A stretch of 64,000 nucleotides of DNA from Candidatus Latescibacterota bacterium (GCA_965219995.1 CBDCOX010000002.1:416001-480000); one strand, 5' to 3'. Shown: positions 1-9,210, numbered from the stretch's first letter. A program made the numbers and translations. The notes: generated from the letters alone by a model not told the origin.

Positions 1-1049
1 GCCTCCGGTTCACTGCCATCCGGTCGTTCGAAGAACTCCCTGACGTACCCGACCTCCGCGGAACAAGCCTGCAACTCCCTGGAGCTGAAACCGAGACTGC
101 CTCCTGCCCGCAGCATGTCGCCAACGCCCTGAAAGAGCGCAACGAATCGTCCGGGCGTGAGGACCCGGTAACCCAGCAGGAACGCAAGGATAACCGCGAC
201 GCCAACTCCCACTGCCACGTGAAATCCCGTGGCAGGTATGCTCACAAAGACCTGGCGTTGTCGCTGGCCCAGCAGTCGGTCCCGCAGTACGTGGCGCATC
301 CTCCGCCAGCGCCCGGTCATCGGCTCGTGCAGGCCGAACAAACGCATTTCCTTCTGCTCAGATCGACCCGTCAGGATCCGGTTCACGTACCCGGCACGGC
401 GCTCCTCCGGTGTCTCGCCATAGGTGAACGCCATGAACATACGGTTCTGTCGGATCTCCAGGAGGACAAGCGGCGCCAGCGCTCCCAGCATGGCAACGGA
501 GATCCATATGGAAACCGGCGCGAACATGGAGGCGACCGAGACGGCTGTGACCACGGCCCTGGAGAAATGCAGCGCGCCGGAAAACAGCCGACCGAGCTTG
601 CGTCCCGGATCGCGCGCGCGTTCCAGACGGTCGTACGTCTCGCTGACGTCGAAGAACAGCAGGGGCAGCCTCGACGACCGATCCAGAAGGCGGCGGCCCA
701 GTACGTGGGAAAGATCCTGCTCCAGACGCAGGTAGAAGACATCGCGCAAATGCCACATCACATCGTTGGTAAACAGCTGGAGCAGGCCGAATGCAATCAG
801 CCACGCCAGGATATCGTCAAATCCGGTCGGGCCGCCGTCTGCCGCATCGACGACGGCGTCGACGAGATGCCTGGTCACGTGGATGAGCATGGCCGGCTGT
901 ATACCGAGGAGGACGTGTATGACAATCAGCCAGAGCGCGGCCGTCCTTCCGTGCACCCGGATGTGGCTCCAGGTCCAGCGCAGGTTGGCGAGAATGGCGC
1001 TGGCGCCCTCGCGACGGTTCCAGTATTCGAGATCGGATCTTGGCGGCAT
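1..1049 (-). CDS. ABC transporter fused permease/ATPase, N-terminal transmembrane part (runs off window edge; absent from ORF track)
   Basis: Manual minus-strand translation from ATG at 1049 (MPPRSDLEYW...) stays open to position 1. It has several hydrophobic helices and exporter-type motifs (FFDVSETYDRLERA, EQKEMRLFGL). Confidence 0.75.
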   Translation of the reverse strand, partial: MPPRSDLEYWNRREGASAILANLRWTWSHIRVHGRTAALWLIVIHVLLGIQPAMLIHVTRHLVDAVVDAADGGPTGFDDILAWLIAFGLLQLFTNDVMWHLRDVFYLRLEQDLSHVLGRRLLDRSSRLPLLFFDVSETYDRLERARDPGRKLGRLFSGALHFSRAVVTAVSVASMFAPVSIWISVAMLGALAPLVLLEIRQNRMFMAFTYGETPEERRAGYVNRILTGRSEQKEMRLFGLHEPMTGRWRRMRHVLRDRLLGQRQRQVFVSIPATGFHVAVGVGVAVILAFLLGYRVLTPGRFVALFQGVGDMLRAGGSLGFSSRELQACSAEVGYVREFFERPDGSEPE

Positions 1050-1182
1050 CGGATGCTCCCGACGGCTGGCCGCGGACAAGAGGCTTCGTGATTGTCGAGG
1101 CGATAGGGAAGATAATGCACCGTGCGAACGAAATCAATGGATCTTTTCTACATAAATATATATTTATAAATAATTTATATGC

Positions 1183-1211
1183 TTGACTTTTGCGCCGATT
1201 TTTGGTATATT
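1183..1211 (+). promoter_or_regulatory. sigma70-type promoter with extended -10 and AT-rich upstream tract
   Basis: TTGACT (1183-1188), 17-nt spacer, TGn-TATATT (1206-1211); AT-rich 1141-1180. Confidence 0.6.
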
Positions 1212-1227
1212 GTTTACGTGGGAAATC

Positions 1228-1269
1228 AAAGAGGGAGCAGAAGGCGATCGCCTTCTGCTCCCTCTTTTT
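1228..1269. terminator. Perfect 40-bp palindrome, probable bidirectional intrinsic terminator
   Basis: aaagagggagcagaaggcga|tcgccttctgctccctcttt followed by a T run. Confidence 0.7.
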
Positions 1270-1392
1270 CGGTAATTTCGATCGATCTTTTCAACCTTGC
1301 ACCGCACCGTACCCCAGGTCTGATCAGCCGGGGCACGATGTCAAACCGACGCGATCACTCGGAGGAACCTGCTGCCTGGAACCGCCGCCGAC

Positions 1393-1650
1393 TCACGATC
1401 GTTCACCCAGGAATCGCGTCGCGTAAATGTCCAGCACCTTTCGAATCATGCTCTGATAGGGTACGCCGTTTTTCCGTGCGTTCGACTTGAAGAAATCGAC
1501 GCTTCTCTTGTTGAGGTTCAGGGTCACACGCACTGTTTCCTCTTTCGGGACAAGCTGGTCGGGAGACGGCAGAAAATCCGGAATGATCCTGGCCTGTTCG
1601 ATGGCATCTGCAATTTCAGCAGGCGCTTTTTCATATTTCGCATTGCTCAT
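1393..1650 (-). CDS. CopG/BrnA-like ribbon-helix-helix antitoxin (no adjacent toxin)
   Basis: PDFLPSPDQL...VRVTLNLNKRSVDFFK...GVPYQSMIRKVLD is typical of BrnA/CopG-like antitoxins. Start placed at ATG 1650. Confidence 0.75.
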   Translation of the reverse strand: MSNAKYEKAPAEIADAIEQARIIPDFLPSPDQLVPKEETVRVTLNLNKRSVDFFKSNARKNGVPYQSMIRKVLDIYATRFLGERS

Positions 1651-1736
1651 AGCGCGTCCTTTTTTTGGGTTTTTATCCTGTCGATCCCGTCCATCCATGT
1701 TAATACAGATTTAGGAATAGGTATCGCCGGAGGCTG

Positions 1737-3014
1737 TCAACGGTGATGGTACCCGTGACCCAGTTCCAGCCGGATGCCGAAAACCAGCGCGTTCTCAAGC
1801 GTCCGGTCGGCGCCGGGGTTGATGATGTATTGAATGTCCGGCTGGATTTGCAGCCTGTCGACGATCTGCACGAGGTACGTGAATTCGATTGCCGTTTCGT
1901 GACTCCGCGTGTTGCTGGCGGCACGGAAATCCGCACCGTACCGTGCCATCGCCAGGGAAACCCCGATCCGATCCTCCGGACGGCGCGGGACGAATCCCGT
2001 CAGGAGCGCCCCGGCGCCGACGTAACCGTCAAAGGGATTGAGCGCTCCGTTGGCTGTTCCATATCGGACGAATGCCGATGCGCTTCGCAGCTTGCTTTCG
2101 TTCGCGTAGACGGCGCCTTCAGCGAATCCGTACAAGCCGTAATTGCCTCCCCGACGCACGGGATTCCCCTGCGCGTCGGTTTCTCGAATCGTCTCGAATT
2201 CTGCGCTATAGGAGAATGCGCCGAGACCGAACCGCAGGCCGCGGGGGAAATCGCGGGTGTATTCGAGGGCATGGAGCACGCCCTCGCGGCTGTTCAACTT
2301 GACTGCGGCGGTGGCCGACGGATTGCCGGGGTCGCCGGGCACCGCGTCGAGCAGCGCGTAACGTATAAGGTTGTTTCTGTCAATCTCCCATTGCAGGCGC
2401 GCCGACAGTGACGTCACCGGAAATATCGATGGCCCGCTCTCTCCGGTCTGGGAATACGTGGGGACGATTCCGTGTGAACTGTTCAGGAATAACGCCGCCG
2501 AATCGACCGCGTCGAACTCGCTGTTGAGATCGTAGAGTCCGGTTTTCAGACTCAGCCCGTCGGCAAGACGATGTTCGTACCAGAATTCGTACAGCCGCAA
2601 CGCCTGTTCCGCTTCGATGTTGGTGACACCTTGTGCGTCACCCGAGTACCGGTCCGAAAACGTCGACGCATCATTCCAGAGCAGGTAGGCGAATAAGGTT
2701 CCGAACCGGGATCCGACAAACCGCCCAACGTCGATCGTCACCGTCGCATCGATGTTCTGCAGATAGGCGGAACCCGTCCTGATGCCCCCGGACGCGTTGA
2801 CGAGACCATCCCCGATATAACCGAATTTTGTCGTGACAACACCGGATTCGCTCTCTGTCTCCGCAGAGGCGCGATCCGGCACGCAGGAAACGATCAGCAG
2901 CACAAGGATAGTCAGACGCAGGAATCTGACGGCCAGTCCATCAGTGGCCTTTCCCGGTACGGGATCCGGAGGAGTGCCCAAAGGGCGGTCCGGTTTGCGG
3001 AGTGTCCGGTTCAT
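1737..3014 (-). CDS. Carbohydrate-selective porin, OprB family
   Basis: Signal-like hydrophobic stretch; GDAQGVTNIEA, LYEFWYE, GLYDLNSEFD, QPDIQYIINPG motifs. Start uncertain; the 3197 start overlaps the PIN gene and was rejected. Confidence 0.8.
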   Translation of the reverse strand: MNRTLRKPDRPLGTPPDPVPGKATDGLAVRFLRLTILVLLIVSCVPDRASAETESESGVVTTKFGYIGDGLVNASGGIRTGSAYLQNIDATVTIDVGRFVGSRFGTLFAYLLWNDASTFSDRYSGDAQGVTNIEAEQALRLYEFWYEHRLADGLSLKTGLYDLNSEFDAVDSAALFLNSSHGIVPTYSQTGESGPSIFPVTSLSARLQWEIDRNNLIRYALLDAVPGDPGNPSATAAVKLNSREGVLHALEYTRDFPRGLRFGLGAFSYSAEFETIRETDAQGNPVRRGGNYGLYGFAEGAVYANESKLRSASAFVRYGTANGALNPFDGYVGAGALLTGFVPRRPEDRIGVSLAMARYGADFRAASNTRSHETAIEFTYLVQIVDRLQIQPDIQYIINPGADRTLENALVFGIRLELGHGYHHR

Positions 3015-3019
3015 CGAGT

Positions 3020-3442
3020 TCAGCCGGATTCCAGAATGAGACGGAAACCGCAGTTTCCGGCGGCACGATAAGCCGAAAAGCCGCGGCGGTCCAGGGTGGC
3101 GACGTCGAAGCATTTCATTTGTTCCGCCAGCAGCACGAGAGTGGCGTCCGCGTAATCCATCGGGGTATCCGCGTACTTTTCCATGAGCGTTGCGCACGCG
3201 CGCAGGGCCGAGGGTTGAGCGAAGTCGTACACCCGGATGCGGGCCGACGTGACAAATTCAGAAAGCAATCTGGGACCGGACCGGCTTCCCGCGACGAAAT
3301 GCATCGCTTCGGTGACGACTGCGCCGGTCGTACAGAGTTGTCCCTCAAAACCGTCGAGCGCGTCTCCCACGCCCTGATGGGACGGGTCGGCGGCGTTGAG
3401 ATAGGCGACCAGCGGACCGGTATCCAGCAGCCAGACCGTCAT
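3020..3442 (-). CDS. vapC: PIN-domain toxin (VapC-like)
   Basis: LLDTGPLVA, VVTEA, MDYADA, TLDRRGF acidic PIN motifs. Confidence 0.9.
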   Translation of the reverse strand: MTVWLLDTGPLVAYLNAADPSHQGVGDALDGFEGQLCTTGAVVTEAMHFVAGSRSGPRLLSEFVTSARIRVYDFAQPSALRACATLMEKYADTPMDYADATLVLLAEQMKCFDVATLDRRGFSAYRAAGNCGFRLILESG

Positions 3443-3672
3443 CGACGCCAGTTCCGTTCACGCAATTGATCGCGCCAGGCGTCGGAATCGGGATCTGCCG
3501 GTTCGAGACGTCCCTTCAAATGCCCGGCTCGTTGCCCCAGCGGACGATCGGAAATGGCGTCTGCGAGAAGCCTGCGTACCAGTTCCGAAACCGTCAATCC
3601 CTGCGCCCGGGCGCGTTCCTTTAGTGCATCACGCATGGCGAGATCGGTCCGTACCGTCAGTGTCGTATTCAT
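3439..3672 (-). CDS. Ribbon-helix-helix antitoxin (VapB-like)
   Basis: 77 aa, TLTVRT...SELVRRLL RHH pattern; 4-nt overlap with the PIN gene. Confidence 0.8.
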   Translation of the reverse strand: MNTTLTVRTDLAMRDALKERARAQGLTVSELVRRLLADAISDRPLGQRAGHLKGRLEPADPDSDAWRDQLRERNWRR

Positions 3673-3708
3673 GTATTACAATATACGACAATGTAATACG
3701 ATCTGCAA
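3673..3708 (-). promoter_or_regulatory. vapBC promoter with overlapping inverted-repeat operator
   Basis: TTGCAG (3708-3703), 17 nt, TATATT (3685-3680); inverted repeat GTATTACA-N11-TGTAATAC at 3673-3699. Confidence 0.65.
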
Positions 3709-3800
3709 ATGCAATTCCGGGGATTCGCGTTTTCCATTGCTGTCTGTATATTCGTGAGAACGCTATGCGGGATCCTCTCCCGCATCGTACCAATGATGGT

Positions 3801-4679
3801 TCACACATCCACGCCGGCCCGCCGCAGCAGATCCGGTATCATATCTGTGAACTCAGCCGGTCTCCCATGAACACTGTCGCGGAACCGGACCATGACGTCT
3901 TTCACGAGCGGAGAGACCTCAAGCGGCACCCCAAGCTCTTCGCCGAGCGCAACCCCAAGACGCATATCCTTCACGGCAAGGTCGGCGGTCGATCCCATTC
4001 GATCACCGTCCAGGAACAGGGAGAGCGTGCGTTCGAAAATCCGACTCTGACCCATACTCGCTTTCACCGCGTCCAGAAGCCGGTTCAGGTCGATTCCCGC
4101 CCTTGCGCCCATGGCCACGCCTTCGCACACGCCGACGAAGTTCACAAACATCATCAGGTTGTTGATCAGCTTGACCACGTTCCCGGAGCCGGCGGGTCCT
4201 GCGTGAACGATCCTGTCGCCGATACACGTCAACACCGGCCGCACCCATTGCAGATCCTCCGCTTCACCGCCGACGAACAGCGTGAGCGTCCCCTCACGCG
4301 CGCCAAAGATGCCGCCGCTGACCGGCGCGTCGAGCACGCGAAAACCGCGTTCGGCGCCGAGCGCGGAAATACGGCGCATCACGGCCGGCGCGACGGTGCT
4401 GGTGTCGACAAAGGTCGATCTTGCTGCAAGACCGGCAAACACGCCGTCGTCACCCAACACCACGTCCTCGACGGCCTCGCCATCGGGCAGCGACGACAAC
4501 ACCACCTCGGATCGAACCGCCACTGCCTTCGCGTTCTCCGCCCAGGTCGCCCCCGCCGCCTCCAGGTCGCGGCCGGTCTGACGCCGGGTATCGTGGATGG
4601 TCAGTTCGTGACCGGCGCGGAGAATATTGGCCGCCATCGGCTGCCCCATGTTTCCCAAACCGATGAACCCGACTCTCAT
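3801..4679 (-). CDS. NAD(P)-dependent beta-hydroxyacid dehydrogenase (3-hydroxyisobutyrate dehydrogenase/tartronate semialdehyde reductase family)
   Basis: GFIGLGNMG Rossmann motif, DAPVSGG, catalytic KLINN. Confidence 0.9.
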   Translation of the reverse strand: MRVGFIGLGNMGQPMAANILRAGHELTIHDTRRQTGRDLEAAGATWAENAKAVAVRSEVVLSSLPDGEAVEDVVLGDDGVFAGLAARSTFVDTSTVAPAVMRRISALGAERGFRVLDAPVSGGIFGAREGTLTLFVGGEAEDLQWVRPVLTCIGDRIVHAGPAGSGNVVKLINNLMMFVNFVGVCEGVAMGARAGIDLNRLLDAVKASMGQSRIFERTLSLFLDGDRMGSTADLAVKDMRLGVALGEELGVPLEVSPLVKDVMVRFRDSVHGRPAEFTDMIPDLLRRAGVDV

Positions 4680-4697
4680 ACGAATCCCTTTCGATAA

Positions 4698-5087
4698 TCA
4701 ACGGTGCTCGTCGTGGGTGTCGAATTCGGCCGGCATGGTGATTTCGATCACTTCCCAGTCGTCGGAGTATTCGAGAACTTCGTGCCTGACACCCGGAGGC
4801 TGATACCAGGCGTCACCCGCTTCCACCCGGATCTCTCCGATGTCCTCGAAGTAGAGGCGGGCCCATCCGTTGATCAGGTAGACCATCTGAAATTCCAGGT
4901 CGTGGGAATGATAGCCCAGCGGGCCGGTACAGGGCTCGTGAGCGCGGATGATGTGGGCCAGCACGCGACCCTCCGTTGCATCCCTGATACCCAGATCTCG
5001 ATAGCTGAAATACGAGCGCAATCCCTGCTGCATCCAGCGGGCATCTTTGGCGTGGGCGGCAAACGACTGGACCTTTTTCTCAGACAT
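4698..5087 (-). CDS. Cupin domain protein
   Basis: HSHDLEFQMVY and GDAWYQPPGVRHE cupin motifs. Confidence 0.85.
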   Translation of the reverse strand: MSEKKVQSFAAHAKDARWMQQGLRSYFSYRDLGIRDATEGRVLAHIIRAHEPCTGPLGYHSHDLEFQMVYLINGWARLYFEDIGEIRVEAGDAWYQPPGVRHEVLEYSDDWEVIEITMPAEFDTHDEHR

Positions 5088-5205
5088 CGTGAAATCCCCT
5101 TTCCAATAAAGTGGTATCCATTGACGGTCGGGCGTTTCTGTATTCGGATCTCACGAGCGGCTTACGACCGGGGGATTCTTCCAGGCCGTTCCGGCTGCCC
5201 GCGTC

Positions 5206-6213
5206 TCACGGGTTCCACACCTGATTGAACAGACGCATCCAGTTGCCGCCGAGAAGCTTCGCGATCTCTCCGGCGTTATAGCCCCGGCTGGCGAGCGCTT
5301 CCGCGATGTTCGGAAATTCCGAAGACGTGGCGATTCCTCTTGGTTGAAAGCTCAGTTCGGTGTAGGGAAGCGAGCCGTCCGCAAAACTGGATGGGAATTT
5401 CGTGCCCTGTTGCGATCCGATGTAGTGCCAGAATTCGAGGGGTTGGTCGTGGGTGGAATCCGTGCCGATGGCGACGTGGTCGATGCCGATCCGCTCCACC
5501 ATATCGTCGATGGCGTCGACGAAATCCTCCACCGTGGATTCGAATCCCCGGGGAAGGAAGGGAGCGAAGGAGGTTGCGCCCACCACTCCCCCTTTTTCAG
5601 CCAGCCGTTTCAGCGCGTCCTCTTCCTTGTTTCGTGGATGGTCACAGAAACTCCGCGCGTTGGCATGGGTGATGGCGACCGGCTGCTCCGAAGTTTCGAT
5701 GGCGTCCAGCGTCGTCCGCGGACCCACGTGCGACAGATCGATGAGAATCCCGCGCCGGTTCATCTCCCGCACGGCGTCGACACCGAAATTGCTGAGTCCC
5801 GCGTCGTTTCGTTCCCAGCATCCGCTGCCCAGAAGGTTGGTCTCGTGGTAAGTGAGTTGGATGACCCTCACGCCAAGGGCCAGGAACAGACCGAGGCGGT
5901 CGAGTTCGTTTTCAATCGGAGAGGCGTTCTGAAACCCGAGAATAATCCCGGTCTTGTCCTGCTGCTTGGCGGCGAGGATGTCGGCTGTCGATTTCACCTG
6001 CAGGATGTCGTCTCGTTCCCGGAACCGGCGCATCCAGGCAGCAATATGCGCCATGGTCTGGATGAAGTTCTCCCAGGTGGACACCGTCGCATTGATCGCC
6101 GTGAACTTTCCGTCGCGCAGTTCCTGGAATACAGCATCGCTGTTCCAATTGCATACGCTCAGCCCGTCGATTACAATCGCGCCGTCGTAGATTTCCCTCG
6201 GATGCGTTGCCAT
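5206..6213 (-). CDS. Membrane dipeptidase-like protein (peptidase M19 family)
   Basis: IVIDGL, GVRVIQLTY, EMNRRGILIDLSHVG, THAN, HPRNK, IGTD, LGGNWMR. Confidence 0.85.
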   Translation of the reverse strand: MATHPREIYDGAIVIDGLSVCNWNSDAVFQELRDGKFTAINATVSTWENFIQTMAHIAAWMRRFRERDDILQVKSTADILAAKQQDKTGIILGFQNASPIENELDRLGLFLALGVRVIQLTYHETNLLGSGCWERNDAGLSNFGVDAVREMNRRGILIDLSHVGPRTTLDAIETSEQPVAITHANARSFCDHPRNKEEDALKRLAEKGGVVGATSFAPFLPRGFESTVEDFVDAIDDMVERIGIDHVAIGTDSTHDQPLEFWHYIGSQQGTKFPSSFADGSLPYTELSFQPRGIATSSEFPNIAEALASRGYNAGEIAKLLGGNWMRLFNQVWNP

Positions 6214-6225
6214 TGGATCACCCCC

Positions 6226-7356
6226 TCAATCGAAGCGGTTTCCGATCCTGAACATATCGCCCAGGGGATTCTCCCGGCCCTCCAGGGCGTCGGCGATTAC
6301 GGGACCGATGGCGCCGCCGAATTTGAACCCGTGGCCGCATCCGCATCCGGCAATCAGCACCCGTTCGAATCCCTCCGCCCAGTCGATGACGAACGCCTCG
6401 TCCTTCATATCGGCCATGTTGGTATAGAGGCAGGACCGGCCTCCGACCAGTTGCGCCGCACTGAGACCGGGAATGCGCCGGGCGACGAATTCACGGGCCC
6501 ACGTCAGAAACTCGGGCGTTGGGTCGCGTGAGACGTCGACCTCGGCGTCGTCCAGCTTGCTGTCTTCCGCCACCTTGACGAACCCTTCGTGCAGATACGG
6601 AAACCCGTACCACAGGTTGCCGGGCGAAAGGATCGACCACACCGGAAAACGGGACCGTTCGAACGGCGCGGGGTCGTCGGGTGCGAAGAAGGCCATCTGT
6701 TGCCTCGTGACGCGCACGCGCTTCTTCATCGCGGGAAGCAGTTCGGCCACCCAGGGGCCGGCCGCTACGACCGCATGGTCGAACGCCATCCATTCCGCGC
6801 CGGTTCGGACTCTGGCCCGGCCGCCCGTCTCTTCCACCGCGGTGACGAGTGTATTCTCGAGAACCGTTACGCCCGCTTCACGCGCCAGCGTTGCCAGGTC
6901 CGCCAGCGCCTGTCCGCTTCGCAGGTACCCGGCCCAGGGGTCGAAGAACAGTCTGTCCGCGTCGTTTACGGTGAACTGCGGAAACCGCTCGCGGACCTGG
7001 CCGGCCGTGAGTTCATAGACCTCCGTCGTCATCCGGCTCAGGGTCTCCCAGCCCGCGTGGGCCTCGTGATCCGATTCCAGATCGCGCGCGACGATCAGCT
7101 TGCCGTTTTGAAAGTAGATCGACCGGCTTGTGCGATCGTGCCACTTGCGCCATTGCGCCGCCGCCCGCGTCACAAGTTCCACGTATGTCTCGTTCGGGTA
7201 CATCGTGCGCCGGATGACTTTGGAGACATCCGTGCTCGATGCCTCCGGGTTGGGAATTTCGCCGCGCTCAATCAGCGTGACGTCGTGACCGCGGTGACGC
7301 AACTCGAGTGCGGCGGCCATGCCAAAGATCCCTGCGCCGACAATACAGACATTCAT
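6226..7356 (-). CDS. FAD-dependent oxidoreductase, monomeric sarcosine oxidase/fructosyl-amine oxidase-like
   Basis: GAGIFG dinucleotide motif, ASSTDVSKVIR, CLYT, GHGFKFG. Confidence 0.85.
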   Translation of the reverse strand: MNVCIVGAGIFGMAAALELRHRGHDVTLIERGEIPNPEASSTDVSKVIRRTMYPNETYVELVTRAAAQWRKWHDRTSRSIYFQNGKLIVARDLESDHEAHAGWETLSRMTTEVYELTAGQVRERFPQFTVNDADRLFFDPWAGYLRSGQALADLATLAREAGVTVLENTLVTAVEETGGRARVRTGAEWMAFDHAVVAAGPWVAELLPAMKKRVRVTRQQMAFFAPDDPAPFERSRFPVWSILSPGNLWYGFPYLHEGFVKVAEDSKLDDAEVDVSRDPTPEFLTWAREFVARRIPGLSAAQLVGGRSCLYTNMADMKDEAFVIDWAEGFERVLIAGCGCGHGFKFGGAIGPVIADALEGRENPLGDMFRIGNRFD

Positions 7357-7432
7357 GGGCTTTCTCTCGAATCGGGGTTGGCGGTTTCTGCGACCGGCCG
7401 GGGCCGGGCGAGTTCGGACGATGGACCTGCGG

Positions 7433-8218
7433 TCAGGCCGAGGCGCCGGAATAGTGACGCAGCCCCCACCGCCAGAAAAGACGAGAGGCGATCAGCATTC
7501 CGGCGGAAACGAGAAGCGCGGCGGTCAGTGACTCGGAATCAAGCCGGCCGGTCAGGGCCCGGGCGGGAACCGTGATTGCAAACGCGACGGGAACGATGAA
7601 CGTCAATACGAAGCGGAGCCAGTGGGGATAGATGCCGATCGGCCAGCGCCCGGCCTGGACCATGGCGTCGAAGATGTTGAGGATGTTCTCCACCTTGATG
7701 TACCAGAATGAGATGGTGGAAAGGATCAGGAAAAAGCTGTAGATCGTGGCCGCGCCGGACAGAAGGACCAGGCCGAAGGTGGCGGCGTCGGCTACGCCCA
7801 CGTCCATGCCCTTTTTGTAGAGGGCATACGACAGCACGATTACCCCCAGCACGAAGTCGGTCGCCTTCCAGATGCGAAACTGGCTGATGCTGATCAGAAA
7901 CTGCGCGTCCGCCGGCTTTGTGAGGGTGTAGTCGAGCGTCCCCCGGCGGACGTCTGTCATCAACTGCGACATACTGGGCCGGATGACGATCGAGATCGCC
8001 CCCCCTATAATGACGAATACGCCGATCAGGGCGAGCAGGTCGTAGGATCGCCAGTCGCCCAGGGTTTCCGTGTGCAGAAAGACCACGTAGACCCCGAGAA
8101 GCGCCTGTACGAGGCTCACCGCGGACTGAAAGATCTGGACGTAGAAGTTGACGCGGTAGGCGAGTTCATTCAGAATGCCAATCTTCAGGAACGTCCAGAT
8201 CACGATCATTTTGTGCAC
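7433..8218 (-). CDS. ABC-2 family transporter permease (DUF990-like)
   Basis: About six TM segments; DVRRGTLDYTLTKP, C-terminal GLRHYSGAS. Confidence 0.85.
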   Translation of the reverse strand: MHKMIVIWTFLKIGILNELAYRVNFYVQIFQSAVSLVQALLGVYVVFLHTETLGDWRSYDLLALIGVFVIIGGAISIVIRPSMSQLMTDVRRGTLDYTLTKPADAQFLISISQFRIWKATDFVLGVIVLSYALYKKGMDVGVADAATFGLVLLSGAATIYSFFLILSTISFWYIKVENILNIFDAMVQAGRWPIGIYPHWLRFVLTFIVPVAFAITVPARALTGRLDSESLTAALLVSAGMLIASRLFWRWGLRHYSGASA

Positions 8219-8248
8219 GGTCGGAGCCCCTCGCTGAATCGGCTCTCA

Positions 8249-8410
8249 GAAGCTGTGTAAAAATCCCCGGTGAGTTCCCGAGCGCGAGCGAAAAAGTGTC
8301 AGTCAAGGCGGGCGAATTCACCCATATCTAAAGATACGGGTGGATTTGACCAACGCCGAGTGGCGCTTTTGCAGCCGCGCGAAGACCGATGGGGGTTTTT
8401 ACACGGCTTC
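8249..8410. mobile_element. 162-bp MITE, copy 1
   Basis: Terminal inverted repeats GAAGCTGTGTAAAAA / TTTTTACACGGCTTC flanked by direct TCA (8246-8248, 8411-8413); homologous to 28011-28172. Confidence 0.8.
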
Positions 8411-9205
8411 TCAGGAACCCACTGCGGAATATTTCCTGATGCCGCGGCGCCAGACGAATTTGACAATGACGAATCCCATAACCACCCAAAACGCCTGCAT
8501 CAGGAAACCATGCGTGATCTGCGCCTCGTCGAGCCTTCCCAGGAGTAGCTCGACCGGAAAGGCGACGGACCATTTGAACGGGAGCGCGTCCGCTACCGCC
8601 CGCAACCACGCCGGCAGCAGATCCAGCGGCGCGATTCTGCCCGAGAGAAATAGACCGAGGAAGTAATACATCTGATTGACCGCCTCGTTCCGGGTTGTCC
8701 AGAACGCAACAAGGGAGAGAGCCCACTCGACGAAGAATCTGAGGAGGTACGCAAGCACCAGCGACAACACAAAGAAGAACACGTTAATGCCTTCAAGGTC
8801 GAACGTGGGCTTGAACAGGAGGCAGAGTACGGCCGCGGACGGGACCAGTACGCACAGTGTCAGGGTCTTGTAGCCGATGTTGTCGGCAATGTCGCTGTGG
8901 ATCGGATGAATCGGCTTCAGGAGCATCGCGGACAGCTCACCGTGCTGCACGCGATAGCCCATCTCGTGCATGATCCAGGTAAACGTCCACATGTTGACAG
9001 CCATGAGGACAATATAATACGCGGCAAACCCGCCAGCGTCGTAACCGGCCACGTCGCCACCCCTGGCGATCGCAACCGTGGACCAGACAACGCAATAGAT
9101 CGTCGGTTCGAGGAGCCCGCCGATCATCCAGATCGCCATGGCCACGCGATATTGAAACTGAAGCGCAAGGGTGGTCTTCAGGTATGCCCAGTAGATCGCA
9201 ATCAT
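8411..9205 (-). CDS. ABC-2 family transporter permease (DUF990-like)
   Basis: Multi-TM; GELSAMLLKP, C-terminal GIRKYSAVG. Confidence 0.85.
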   Translation of the reverse strand: MIAIYWAYLKTTLALQFQYRVAMAIWMIGGLLEPTIYCVVWSTVAIARGGDVAGYDAGGFAAYYIVLMAVNMWTFTWIMHEMGYRVQHGELSAMLLKPIHPIHSDIADNIGYKTLTLCVLVPSAAVLCLLFKPTFDLEGINVFFFVLSLVLAYLLRFFVEWALSLVAFWTTRNEAVNQMYYFLGLFLSGRIAPLDLLPAWLRAVADALPFKWSVAFPVELLLGRLDEAQITHGFLMQAFWVVMGFVIVKFVWRRGIRKYSAVGS

Positions 9206-9210
9206 CGGCG

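Noticed and set aside
219-1091. 290-aa plus-strand ORF
   Set aside because: Antisense shadow of the minus-strand ABC transporter; no recognisable motifs.
1141-1270. AT-rich tract as a CRISPR leader
   Set aside because: I found no repeat-spacer array or cas gene in the window.
8270-8548. Small ORFs over the MITE copies (also 27906-28237)
   Set aside because: They share peptide words only because they cross the same repeat; no transposase motifs.
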